NCBI GenBank assembly: GCA_046563655.1
Contig: CM102286.1
Location: 4,650,001-4,714,000, forward strand
DNA length: 64,000 nucleotides
DNA from: Yuukianura sp. NJ FZ-2021
Lineage: Eukaryota
Reading direction: 5' to 3'
Below the pieces are notes generated by a model. It searched no databases, had not been told where the DNA came from, and saw nothing but the letters and a program-made list of their open reading frames with translations. The position numbers and the translations under genes were made by a program. Shown piece after piece: positions 40,101 through 53,124 of this stretch (positions within the stretch are counted from its first letter, which is position 1; every line of letters starts with the position of its first letter).

Positions 40101-40783
40101 TTCTTTTTTCATTCGTATTCTAGCGAGCATGAATTGTTCACCTCTTAATCCCAAGCAATTACATTGGATTTACATCACCAACACCTATTGCCTTCAGAAC
40201 CTATCTCTGAGTAACATTGGCTTCCAACGGTCAAATAAACAAGTTTCCAATGCCTTTTGTGTAGTAGAAAACCTAGTGTAGTCAGTTACCTTCGTACGGG
40301 AGGTGAACGTGGAAGCATAATAGTGGTGTGAACGGCTTTGAAGTGTTCAATAAACTGCGTGAATGTTTTCAAGCCCAACAAAGTCGGAATTGACTAGTGG
40401 ACTTGGAAATTTTCAGCTTCGATTTTTGGAAACATAGTGCAAAATTCAACTGTCCGAAAAACCGGTGAGGTACACAAAACAGTTTCCTAAAAACCTAACT
40501 TTCGGAAAGCATCGTACAATGGAGTTTTGTTTCATTTTTACTTTGTTTCGTGGACTTTTGTAACAAAAAATTCTATGGCTGAATGAGAAGTTGTTTTTTG
40601 TAAATGAACTTTTAGCTTGTTTTTGAGGTTTTTGTGTTTCTGTTTTTTGTTTAAAAGTAACAATAGAAAACACTGTGTAAGTTGTATGTATGCTTTACAT
40701 CAACTAAACTGAACAAGTTTACTTTTTGATAAAAACGCAACACTTGTAAGTTAATTAAGTCATTTACTAAAATGTTTCTTTTA

Positions 40784-41243
40784 TTTTTTTTTTTTTTTTG
40801 GAGAGTTAATTGACATTAGCATTTAGCTTTATCAACAGGGGTAGGGAATTTCTGGGTTGGGTTGAGGTCCTATGAGGTGGGGCGGTGGTACAGTCAGATA
40901 GTTGGCGAGAGGTTCTGAGGGAAGGACGAAAGGCTTTCTGCTAGAGCTGAACGGGCTAGGGCCCTACCACATATCACAGCTCCAGGCAAGTGACAGGAAC
41001 AGCATCGTACGCATACCGGCCCACGACCCCCCTCCACAACTGCAACTACTGACCTCTTCACACGCACCCATAACCCGCCCAACTGACCTATCATCCGAAC
41101 ACCCCATCTGGGCTAGGAAAGTGGGAAAACCATTTCTGGAAAACGACTTTCGTGTCGGCGACGCCGGGACTCGAACCCGCGCCCGTCCAAGGTGTTAGTA
41201 GGATAGAGCCGGAGCTCTAGTCCCCCCGGCCTACGGGCCTTGG
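40784..41243 (-). mobile_element. Full-length tRNA-derived SINE (~460 bp)
   Basis: Minus-strand head GGCCCGTAGGCCGGGGGG (A-box-like)...GGTTCGAGTCC (B box); GC-rich body; poly(A) tail (T16 at 40784-40799 on +); flanking direct repeats ACTAAAATGTTTCTTTTA at 40766-40783 and 41244-41261. Confidence 0.92.
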
Positions 41244-42692
41244 ACTAAAATGTTTCTTTTAAAATTGTGACCTTCGTGGGAAGAACCAACCTGGCACGCA
41301 ATGCAACTTAGAAACATCCAAAAAGTTTTTTGTTTAAAAGAAATCAACTTCTTTTTAAGTAAAAAGCTAATGTTTCTTTACTTCCAAAAAAAAATTCTGC
41401 CAAATGTTGATGGACGTCCGTGCTAAAGATTTATTATTTCAGCAGCATGTTACCGTAGATTTTAACTCTTTCTTTTTTTTTATTACAAAATAGATTTGAA
41501 TCAACAATTTCCTGATTTCACACTGCAACTGCTCTGATATTTGTCATAACAGTTTGTGAAAGTGTAAGAAATGAAGTACTGGTGGATAATGAGCAATTAC
41601 GGTTGACATTTTAGAGATTTTACTTAAAATCAGCACGATCATCAACTGCCATTTGCGGAATTAACTTTCTTACGAAATACTTTCGACAATTATGATTTTT
41701 TTCTACTCTCGCAGGAATTACTTTGTTAAATAATCGAGCAACTTTGTTATAAAATTCCTTTTTTGTAGTTACTGTAATGGTTTCTCGAAGGTATTCGAGT
41801 TTTGCCGATTAATGTTTAATTAACTGTGAAGTTGGCGCTAATTTTAATTGCGTTTGCAATTTATCGATGCCGCTAGGTCAGTAGGGCTTGTTTATCGTTT
41901 TTGGCATAGTGACTTTTAATGAACATTGTTCTTAACGCGCTCTTAAACTTTGTTTCTGTACAATGGGCAGGTAACTAAGCGTATCCAAGTTACTCACTTT
42001 TGCTTAGCTTTTACTTTTATTTTTGCCGAAGATAATCGTTTTTGATGGTATTCATAAAGTTGTACTTTAACAATAATTAACAATGGGATTACACAAATTC
42101 AATTAAGATTTAAACTGAATTAAGGTTATTAGTTGTGTATACAAATCAAGAGGTCACTGGTTTAACAAATTTTGGATGCATCCACTACTAATTAAAACCT
42201 TAGCAAACATGTGCACCAATCCGTGAAGTACAATGTGGAACAATTCTGTGTAACAAATGTCTCCGCAAACTACTTGCAATGTTTGCTTTGCACAGAATGC
42301 ACAACGAATTTACGAACTTTATTGAATTTTTCCAATTTTTTCATTAGTTGAACAAATTAATTGGAAATGTTATTAGAATTTTTAATGATTAAGGAAGGAG
42401 CGTTGGCACAAAGTTTTAGACGGAAACTCATACTATTTAGTATGAATTCACAAAGTTAGGAAAAAGAAAGTGTTTTAAATTGCGCACACTCCTTGGCATT
42501 CACTCTCGAGCCTAAAACAGGCGAATAATCCTGAAAATTAAATTTATTAATTATGCTTCGCACGTTCTGACTTTCCACGAGTCGTGAGCTTCAAACTTGA
42601 AATTTTCTGAAAAGTATTTTCTTTAATTTAGGACACACAATTTTCCTACTTGAGGGGAAAAGTTTTGAGGACTTCCTCAAACTACTACCAGA

Positions 42693-45438
42693 ATGGAGGA
42701 CCAATTGATTTGGATGGTCGTGGTTCAACTGGCAGTGATTTTCCTAGTGGCCATTTCAATTGTTATGTTTATGATGAAGAAATTAGTAGCCAAAGCACCT
42801 CCCGCTGACGGTTCTAAATCAATTCTCCTAACGGCTGCCGATACACCAATCGGAATTCAAATTGCAAAGCATTTGGCGTCTTTGCGATTTCGTGTTTTCG
42901 CGGGCGTGGGAGATTTGAACAGCGAATCGGCTTATCGGCTCCGATCCAGCGGCTCACCGTGGCTCCATGTCCTTCAGTTGGATGTTACGCAAGACGAGAG
43001 CTTGAGTCAAGCTGTCAAGGCCGTTCGTGAACATTCCCACGCAGGGGAAAAAGGTACCAAATGGAATAATAGTCTATTAATAATAATAATTGTAGACTCA
43101 ACAGTGTCACTTGCAACAGTGTAGGTGGGAAGCGATGATTGTTGCTACGTTGTTTGCGTTATTACAGGTCTCTGGGCAGTAATTCACTTGGCTGGGACAG
43201 GGGTGAAATCATGTAAATTGCAGGGCGGTGACGATGAGCACCAACTTCGCACGGCACTTGAAGTCACCGTCGTTGGGATGCTGAGGCTCGTAAGGGCTTG
43301 TCTACCACACCTTTCTGCTGCGTCAGGTAACTAACTACGTTTGGTCCAACGTGCAATTTAGTAGGTTGAACGGAACACGCCCAATTCTAATGTAATTAGT
43401 GGTAGCGTTAGCGTATTTCCAAATTTGGTTTGATTAATAGCCTGCGCGGTGAATCGGGTCAATGAACTTGCCTATTCATTTGCACATTTGTAAATTTAAC
43501 AAAAGTTAGTAAATATTTTACAGCCAAGACAGACAAAGCGCAGCATATTTCGCGCGAAACTCAAAACGAAGTTTGCTAATTTCCTGCGAATCTGATTGGT
43601 TGCAGGAAGGCTGATTATTCTTGGAGCTGACGATGGAATGTCACATGGACTTCGTGCTTGGGGTAGCGGATCAGCTAGCGTCACGCATGGAGTATGGACA
43701 GCAGCTCGATTTGCCGCTGAAGGTTAGTTTGACCTTGGCGCCTCACTTGAATTTTGAATTGAACAATTATTTTCAATGGCAAAATTTTCAAGGACTGGCA
43801 GCCGGACTTCGAGCCCAACTGAAACCACACTCCGTTCCAGTCATTTCTCTGCATCCAGATGCCTATTACGCGCAAAGGTAACCTTCAAAATTCGAAAAAC
43901 GAAATTGTTCATAAGTTTGAATTGGAGGACTTTCATTTCAAAAATTTTTGCAAACGAGTTCCTAGGATAAAAGCAATTTCAAGTCCTTTGCAAATATGAA
44001 ACCAAGCACTTCAAAACAAAACTTTCACAACCCTACATCTACGGCAATTGTGAAAACTAAAGATGGTACCAAGCGTTAGGCAACACATTTTAGCCATTCA
44101 TAAATACTGTGCTGGCCTCGTCAGTTCCTTTAAGCATGCTAACTGCAGATATGGCAATTTAAACATCCCATTTGTATTCAAGTAAACAATTCATACTTTA
44201 ACCAAAGTCAAAACCACAATCAGAAAGCAATCAGGAGGTGCAAAATCGCGTAAGGTTTGACCAACTTCCTGAGAGTGAAACATTCCTTCACACCGTAACA
44301 AAATATGAAATCAGCCAAATGCCCTACTTTTACAAAAAGGAAAAAATAGTTTAAATCAAATCATAACCATTAAGTTCCGCTTAACTTTTCGCAGTTACAG
44401 TCGACCATCTCAAATTGCAACTCACTGTGATTGGCCAACAACCAATTCCTATTGGTTGGCGCCTTCGGTAAACTTTTTGACATAGAGGTGTTTTTGAGGA
44501 ATCAATATTATATACCGATAGATTTGTGTAAAGTCCAGCCCCTCCAATAACATTGGAGTTTACGGTGGAAAAAATTATTGCAATTTGAGAGGATTTGCTG
44601 TATTTTTCTTTAAAACAGATTGACGTCACGCGTAAGCCAAATTAGACAGTTGGTTTCCTTATTTTAGAAAAAAAACGAAAACAAATAATCGTAAACTGAT
44701 CCTCCACCTGATGCATTCTTGAGAAGCTTATGCCAAATCAAGGGATTTGCAAAAAGAAAACGGGATTTCAGGGGGATTGGGTTCCTGGAGAGAATGTGTC
44801 GCATGGATTCGTAATGAAATTGTACATGTATGTTTGAGTGTCCGGGACTCACATAACTATCAATCATTCCGTCCATTATTTCAATTTCCAGGGTCTGAGG
44901 ACCCTTATTAAAATCTCATGTCACTGAATAAAAGAAAATCTTGGTAAATCCCACCTAGACTTAGGTTAGGGCCCTGGAATCAGGGGACTGGAAGCTGCAG
45001 GGGACATGAATGTCTAGACATTAAGTACACAGAGCAGAGGACGATGAAGCTGGGAAAGTTCTCAATGAATTATTAATGATTAGCACAACTCTGTTTCGTT
45101 TGTGCAGAATTAATGAATTCTTGGCATCAAGCATCCAGAAGAAAAGAGATGCTTGGGGACTGGTCGTGAACGGTGCAGAGGAAGAGGCTGGAACTGGAAG
45201 ACCTTGTGAAGTCGAGGCACAGAGTTACGAGAGACTTTTGGAAATTTTGTCTCCTCATGCCATGAGTGCAGTTGAAGAAGCCATTTTGTCAGCAACTCCA
45301 CAAGAGACGTATGTACTGACTCCATCGACAGGGTCACGTATCAAGAGCATGCTGATGGCCGTGTCACCACACTGTGTAACAACCAGCATCTTCAAACAGC
45401 AAAAATTGAGTCAGTCTTTTGAATATACTGTTGTTTAG
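42693..45438 (+). CDS. Membrane-anchored short-chain dehydrogenase/reductase-like protein (BDH1/RDH/17bHSD2-type architecture), probably catalytically inactive
   Basis: Exons 42693-43053, 43168-43326, 43606-43722, 43793-43877, 45108-45438 in phase. N-terminal TM; SDR fold marks KSILLTAADTPIG, RVFAG, LQLDVT, GLWAVIHLAG, LRAQLKPHSVPVISLHP. Confidence 0.85.
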
Positions 45439-45633
45439 AAATGCGGAAAGATAAAGTATTAAATTCCATGTTATTGAAATGCAGTTCAAAAGTTATACTA
45501 GAAGTTAGATTTAGCTAAATGTTTTGGAATAATGTTTAAGTAGCTTTGGCAAGTCAAAACTAACTTTGAATACAAAGTGTTTCTAAAATAATATATTGAA
45601 TGATTTAATAAAATATTTTATAATACCGTCGCT

Positions 45634-48624
45634 TTAGCCATCTCGAGTCCAGTCGAACGGCCCCCATGAAGTTAAAAATTTCATAACTTTCTCTCGCTGG
45701 TCTTTGAAGTTGTCGTTTTTCCGTTTTCGCCAAATGGAATGATCTAGTTCCATCATGCCGCCTATGATTTCTTGTGCAAAATTCCTGGGAAAGTTCTTTT
45801 CATCTTCAATTACATGAGCAAAGCCACTGTCATCCCCGAAATCAACAGAGAAGTAAGGAAGACCCTTCGGTATGGCTTTTCGGACACCACGGTCTCGTAG
45901 TTCTACCAACTTTTTATTCTGTGTCCATTCTGACTCGCATTCTTGGATTGCTTTCTGTAAAAAATCAAAGCAAATCGATTAAAATTATCACAGATTACAG
46001 TTTTTGAAAATCTGTGGCGACTTACTTTGAAATAAATTGGTGCTAGATCTCCTGTTTCTTTTGGAATTGGCACACACTCCAGGTACATATGAGGATGGCG
46101 ATTTAGATGCATTGCGGATTCAAAAATTATTAAATCTTGGTCGTCCTCCTTAAACATGCGTACCAACGCATGCCGAAATTTCTAAGCAAAGTTATACCAT
46201 AAAGTTTGGCGATAATTTAAAGGAAATGAAGGTTAAATTGAAATTGAATGACGATTACCTGTATCTCCTCCCAGACATCTTCGTCCAGCTCAGTCGCAGA
46301 AGAAACATGGAACATTGGAACGATTAAACAATGACCTTCAGTCAACGACTGGAACGGAGGTACACAAAGATAACTCTGAAAAACCATGTTCAATTGAATT
46401 AATGCGACGCATCCGGAACAATTTAAGTGAATTCCTGCTAAAGAGTGAATATGATATATTTACATTATTCGCGATAGATGCTACAATATGTTTCTCCAAC
46501 TTTCGTCCATCGAAGCACCATGGACAGTCGTCAACCTTCTTTTTGTAAAAGGCTTCCTCTTGAATAACCTTGTGAACTTCCCGTTCTTTTTCCTTTTCAG
46601 CTTTCTTTACGCTGCTGGCCTTGTCAGCAAAAATGTCATCTAGATCGTAGTCATCGGTGGGTTTCGATTTCATTCCCTTCATATCACAAAACAAACGTCA
46701 ATACGCATACAAAATTGTCAACATAAGTGAAGGTTAAAATATGATCCATAAAAAGTGCCAACTCACCTTTCCAGCAAGCCGTGAGAACAGTGCATTTTCG
46801 TTTTCGACCGTGTTCTTCTTCTCTCTTTGGAACTGGAACGAATTAAATTCAAAACTAACTTTTGATACATACGGAATGCATACAGACGGGCAGAATTAAG
46901 TATTACCATATTTTGTAAAGACTGCTTGTCGTCGTCCGGAAAGTAACGGACGCGTTGGCCACTCTGATGTGTCTCCGTAGGTTTGTCTTTCCTGCGACCC
47001 CGATTTTGGGAATCCATCACTATTTTCGTAACAACTTTCCTGGAACTCTCACCCGAAGCCTGACTGTCTCCTCCGCCCTTGATAAATGCTTGTCGATTCG
47101 CTTCAGCTTCGCTATGTTGAAGTTTCAGTTTTGCAACCAGTTCCTAAAAATTCAACAGGAATTCAATAGTGAAGACATGATCCTCAGCCAAACTAATGGA
47201 TTAAAGAAAAACTCACTTGATTCCCCAACATCTCAGCCTTTAAAATCTTAGCACTTAGAGAATTCATTTCCTGATCTGTCAAAACCTTCGGCGCTGGTTT
47301 GTCTGGCTCCTCTGGTACATCCTCCTGCGTTGGAGTACTACATTCAGTAGGGGTAGATTTGGGAACATACGCTGCACTGGGAGGAGGTGGTGGCGATATT
47401 CGTTCGTCAGCTTGCCTGCTTGTTGTGGCTGACGACTGTTTCATCCATTTCGGTTGGTGATGACTGGAGGAGTGTGGTTTCGAGTAACTATGACTTTTTC
47501 TTGAGCTGGATGATTCTCTATCAATCTTTTCGTCACTGCTGCCTCCACTGTCTCTCCTGGGCTTTCTGAACGACGCGGAACGTGAATGGTGTTTCTCGGC
47601 TCGTCTTGCATCCGGCAAATCAGTTTCCCTATTCCTTGCTTTTCCTTCGGCTGATTCCAGCATTGTATAAAAATTGGACAGCGACTATAGATATGCAAAG
47701 TCAAAAAAAAATTTTTTTTAACCAAAAACGAATAGTACATATATAGATAAATCGAGTAAAAACAAGGTGGCTAACCCCCCATCGCTCCGCTGCAACCTCC
47801 TCCAGGCTTCGACCTTCCTCCTTCGCCTGTTCCTTGGCTCGTTGATACGCCTTACGTAACCAATGAAGTCCGCCATCTCCGATAGTAGTTGCAGGGGTCA
47901 CTTCTTCCGTGGGCTTTGAACTTTGGTCCAGCTCCGACGGCAATCCATGACCACCGTCTTTCCAGTAAGGATTCAACTCTCGAGCGTGTTGACCCGGCTG
48001 TATTGCACAAAACGGAAATTATAATTTGACTTAAGTATAATACATTTCCTAATAAATTCGAAATAAATTATACCTTTGATACAGAACGAACAGCGTCCCA
48101 CTCTTTTTTCGTTTGTCTTTTCTCTCTCGCCGTATTTGAAAACGTCGGAATAAATGAATTAAAATTTGACCAGTCGTTTTCCTCAGTAGCCGCTGATTTT
48201 TTCGGCGCTTCATCTCCGTCTCCAAGTGCTGCTTTATCGATTATCCTCTTACTCCCAGCAGTAATCGGTGATGACTTTTCAACCCATTCCGGTTCTGATC
48301 CAGATTCCGAACCTGATGAAGATTCCTAAAGAACGGTGTAAAAATCCGAATTTACTTCAAGTGATTTCGAATTTCAAGCAGCTGATTTCATTGTGTTTGA
48401 TTAGGTTTGCATAAAATTATGTTACTTTATTTTATAAGTACTAGATACACAAATTAATCAGTTCATTTACTTACGCTGGTTGACATACGCTTATGACGCT
48501 TGCTTTTTTTCTTGGATTTCTTTTCTTTCTTATGACGCTTTAATTTCTTTGATTGTTTCTTATGCTTACGGGATTTGTAATCGTCTTCGGCCTCATCGTC
48601 ACTTGTTGATGTTGAATAACCCAT
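45634..48624 (-). CDS. CWF19L2: CWF19-like protein 2 (spliceosome disassembly factor, CwfJ domains)
   Basis: Multi-exon. Lys-rich N-terminus; [80 protein letters not shown]...GFAHVIED. Confidence 0.95.
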
Positions 48625-49106
48625 TTCTCACTTTTTCAAGATTAATTAAATAAACAGAAAACAATGAATTTACAAATAGTGAGCTAAAAAGCAAGAGTAC
48701 ACGAAACACGAACGATCAAAAATTTTCGAAAAGTAAAAATATTTTGAAAGCGGAAATTCAAAAGTTCCCGCGTGTGCCCAGAGTTGTGTAAGTGAATGGA
48801 GTGATGTGAAGTGGCTTTTAGTCTTACTCAAATGTTTTCATTTCAAAAAAATTAGAAAACAAAACAACTGGCACTCCAGCATCCAGCTGTGACAATTAAA
48901 TTGACACAAAAAATCAAGCGGAAAAAGTATCTGGTAATTGATTCGGCACTCATCAATCGGTTAAGGACTAAAAGGAGTAACACGATTGCGGGGTAAGATT
49001 TAGCATATCGTTTTCTAACAATAGTAACAAACGAAGCTCTACTTACTTACAAAGGCATTGTGATTGTGATTAGTAATTAAATAGAAAAATTAATTAGGAA
49101 ATCACA
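48625..49106. promoter_or_regulatory. Putative bidirectional promoter between CWF19L2 and METTL14
   Basis: Divergent ATGs at 48624 and 49107 are separated by 482 bp, which must also hold both 5' UTRs. Confidence 0.6.
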
Positions 49107-50644
49107 ATGAGCGAACGCTTGAAGTCTGTCAAGGAGAGGTCACAACTGAGAAAAATTCTACTGGCACAGCAGGTGAGGGTGGTTAAATAAATAAGGTGGC
49201 TTACAATACAGTTATGCATAGTATTCGGTAATCGGTACAATTGAAATTATTGGTTTTAGTTAGGTGTTGGCTCCGTGGAAAATTTACATTCAGCCCTTGG
49301 GGTACGACCTCGAGATAATGAGGGCGCTAGTTCCGCGAAATTACGACGAAACTCTGGCGATGGTCCTAAAGTAGACTTTAAGAAATCGGATGCTCCTGGT
49401 ACTGGAAGTACCGGAGATGATGAAACCAAAGTTTACACTGACTCTTCCGCATTTCTAAAAGTAAGGTCAACATTTTGTTGGAAAAAATCATAAATATGAA
49501 ATACTAGGAATGAATAATGTGCTCGGTTCACAGGGAACTCAATCCTCAAATCCGCATAACGATTACTGCCAGCATTTTGTCGATACCGGTCAACGTCCTC
49601 AAAATTTTATCAGAGATGTCGGACTTGGAGATCGATTTGAAGAGTATCCAAAGCTAAAAGAACTAATAAGGCTGAAGGTTAGTAGAACATAATTTGGAAC
49701 TTGTGAATTCTGCAACAAATGGAATGGTTTAATTTTGTTTAGGACGAACTAATTCAGGAAAAGGCTTGCCCGCCGATGTATTTAAAGACTGATCTCCATA
49801 CTTTCTCCCTGTCTTCTTTACCTGTTAAATTCGATGTAATATTGATTGAACCACCGCTTGAAGAGTATCAACGCAGCAGAGGTGTAACCGGGGATGTAGA
49901 ATTTTGGCCTTGGGAGCAAATTCTGGCACTTGACGTGGCTGCTGTCGCAGCACCTCGTTCATTTGTTTTTCTATGGTGTGGATCCTCTGATGGTAAGCAC
50001 AAGCACACTGAAGCATTTCTCAGAGTTAATCGATTACTTACTAATGATTTAAACACTAGGGTTGGATATGGGCAGAATTTGTCTACGGAACTGGGGATTT
50101 CGACGATGCGAAGATATTTGTTGGATTCGCACAAACACAAAAAATCCTGGACACTCGAAAAATCTCGAACCGAAAGCTGTTTTTCAGCGGACAAAAGTAA
50201 GTTTCATTCCTATTTCAAGTATCTTCGAAGACCATGACCGCAATTTTCGTTTTCTAGGAGCATTGCTTGATGGGGATCAAAGGAACCGTCCGTCGCTCCA
50301 CTGATGGAGACTTTATTCACGCAAATGTCGACATTGACTTAATTATCACAGAAGAGGAAGACCAAGGATCTTTGGAGAAGCCAACTGAGATGTTCAATAT
50401 CATCGAACACTTCTGTCTCGGGCAACGTCGGCTTCATCTTTTCGGACGAGACTCAACAATCCGACCTGGATGGTTAACAATTGGTCCTCAATTGACCAAC
50501 AACAATTTCAACGCTGACACATACACTAATTTCTTTAGTAGTGGTAAATTGACCACTGGATGTACTGACAGAATTGAATCCCTCAGGCCAAAATCTCCTC
50601 CACCCAAAGCCGGAAATCGGCCTTTCCGGGGACGCGGGAGATGA
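49107..50644 (+). CDS. METTL14: m6A methyltransferase non-catalytic subunit METTL14
   Basis: Exons 49107-49172, 49260-49460, 49534-49677, 49743-49992, 50060-50196, 50258-50644 in phase. [41 protein letters not shown] (EPPL); [38 protein letters not shown]. Confidence 0.97.
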
Positions 50645-50757
50645 TTGTATTTTGCTATAATTTTTCATTTTTATTTTCATTGTTTAGTTTTTCTTGAGTC
50701 ACATAATCTGCAAACATAATTTTTAATCTTACATAGCGTTATACACGATCACTCGAT

Positions 50758-53124
50758 TCAAAACGGCAATGAACGCGTCAGATGCTTGTTCAGTACATTC
50801 ATGTGTTGGTCCCAGATGCTTGTTGTAAACTAAAAGAAATAATTTCGCTTTAAAATTTTAAATCCAGTTTCTGTAATTTTACATTATATTAAAATGTTTT
50901 ACAATTTTATGATTTTGTTTTTCTTACAGGCTTGCGTATCGTTTATCATGGGCGCCATTTCTTTGGCAATGTCATGCATAATTGTCAGTGGGACACTGAC
51001 AGGTTGATTGTTGGCAAGATCCCTGAGGAACTCGTAATGCTTTTCAGACAGTGCAGCCTCTTGAAGAGAGTCCAGATACTTGTCGCGTGCCTCTGAAAAT
51101 AACCATGATGAAACTCTCTTAACATAAGAATCCTGCACTTTGTTTCCTATTTTGTTCTTTGAATGAGAAAGTTGTAACTGCCAGTGCCAACTTTTCTGTC
51201 TTACCTTTGCGCTTTTGTCTTTGCTGTTCTTGAACTGAAGCCTTTTGTCCAAGACTGAAAATGTTCAAAAACGGAACTTGCATAAGACAGTCGTTTGGAA
51301 AGTTTTTTAATCTGTGAGTCAATTACTTATAACTTTTACCTCGTAATGTCTACTGCTGTCAGACAAGGAGACGTTGGCGGATTCCCTCTGTATCTCTCCA
51401 GCATATTATTTGGAATGTAAGTTCTCAGAAGTGGACTGTAGTACTGACGAAGGTTTCCACCAAAATCGTAACGCCACGAGTCATTGCTCAGAGCCACGGT
51501 AAGCAGTTGACGCTGATCCGGTATTCCAAATTGTTTGAGTCGACTTAAGTCTCCACCTTCGTGGACTTTGTGTCTAAGAATTTTCAAAAACTTGGATGCT
51601 CCAGCTGCTGCATCTTTTGGTTTCATCATCGCTATGATCTAATTTTGAAAAATTCAATGATTTCAGGTTTGGACAATTTGAAACACTGAAGACTGGGACA
51701 AGTGAGTCTACAAATCTGGCTACAGTAGACCCTCTCATTTCGCAATATGCTCTGATTGGTCGGCTTGGAGGAAAGTTTTCGAGCATACAGTGTAAGGTAT
51801 TCAATTCTAACAACGCTTTCTTTGTCTTTTCACTGCTAAAACTCTCAACAAAAATAATTTCACTCATTAGATTGAATAACTTGAATCGAATTCACGATTT
51901 CCCAGCGTTACAAGAGGTGGAGCTTAAACTTGCACAATGAGAGGTTCTACTGTACAACTTTTTATGTTCTAAGTTATATTATTCTCAATTTTTTTTAAAC
52001 AGGGAGTGTCGTTTGAAAACACGCTTCTAACATTACGATGGAACTGAGAACAATTTGTCCAGAATCTCGAACAAGTTAAACTTTTTCAATTGTTTTTGAA
52101 CTGGACCGTGACCTACCCCTCTGAGTTTTTGTGCAGTTCCTGCTGTAATTCTTTTCTGGTTTGGATTAAATCCAAAACGGCCGGCAAATGCAGCTACAGG
52201 TTGAGTGGCTTTTTCCTTTTCATTCTTTGCTAACTTATGGTCGCCATCTTTCTTTTGTGAAGGTTTATGGCGTCCTTCTTTAGCTTTGTCCTGGTCTTGT
52301 TTGGCAGTTTGCTGGGCCTTGGCCAACTCAGCAGCTTCCTTTGCTTCAGCAGCCTTTCTGTCCGCCATTAGAGACTTGAGCAGCGGAGAAGAAAGAACGA
52401 CGACGGGTTTCTTCGTATTTGGTGACCCTGGTTTTTCACCTGATTGCTTCTGATCCTTCCGCAAATCAAGCACACCACTTCCTTTGTTCCTTTCACCAAC
52501 TTTCACTTGATCTCTCGATTTGGATCGCCCCATTCCGAAAAGCCCCTGGAGTTTCGGAATTGGAAGGACAGTTTGGAGTCCTTTGGTGGGTTGAGGGAGC
52601 TTTGGTTTGTACAATGGAGTCGTATCTTCACGAGCAGCCTCTTTGCCCACAGTCTTTATATTGGTTTCACTCTTAGTTCTGGATTTGGCATCGTAAACTT
52701 TGTGGGGAAAGCTTTCGAGTATTTTCTGTTTTTGAACTTTCGCTGTGCTCGTGATCCTAGGCTTTCTTTCACCAGCGTCCGCTGTAGTTTACACAAAATG
52801 GAATCAAATTGAATGAGATTAGGAAAGAAAACCATTGTGTAATGAAAGGCTTTCTCCAAATCCAATGGATTTCCAATATCAGGCGAAAATGGAAATGGAA
52901 ATTGTCTTTTAAAGATTAGCCTTATTGCAAAACTTTTTCAGCTTTCGATTTGTTCCTTTTTTTAAATAGCTTTCGCTTTTTTTGAAGATTATCATTTAAA
53001 AATCACAAAGCGCGACAAAGTTTGTACCTGATTTGGATCTGTTTTTGCCATCTTTGACGTTAGGTCGAGGAGCGACGGCAGGACTGGGAGTGATCTGGTG
53101 CTTACTCGGCTTTGCACCACCCAT
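50758..53124 (-). CDS. Gene F: uncharacterised Lys-rich protein, no recognisable domain
   Basis: ATG 53124 (MGGAKPSKH...) splices in phase to a long exon (~52781-52037). Later exons join in phase to ...SLGQKASVQ...|EARDKYLDSL...|FTTSIWDQHMNVLNKHLTRSLPF* (stop 50758). The junctions around 51640-51840 could not be resolved. Confidence 0.6.

Noticed and set aside
40894..41198. ORFs of 66 and 98 aa
   Set aside because: They are incidental open frames inside the GC-rich SINE body.
41150..41243. tRNA gene
   Set aside because: It has A/B-box-like motifs but I could not fold a proper cloverleaf, and it runs into a body, poly(A) tail and TSD, so it is a SINE head.
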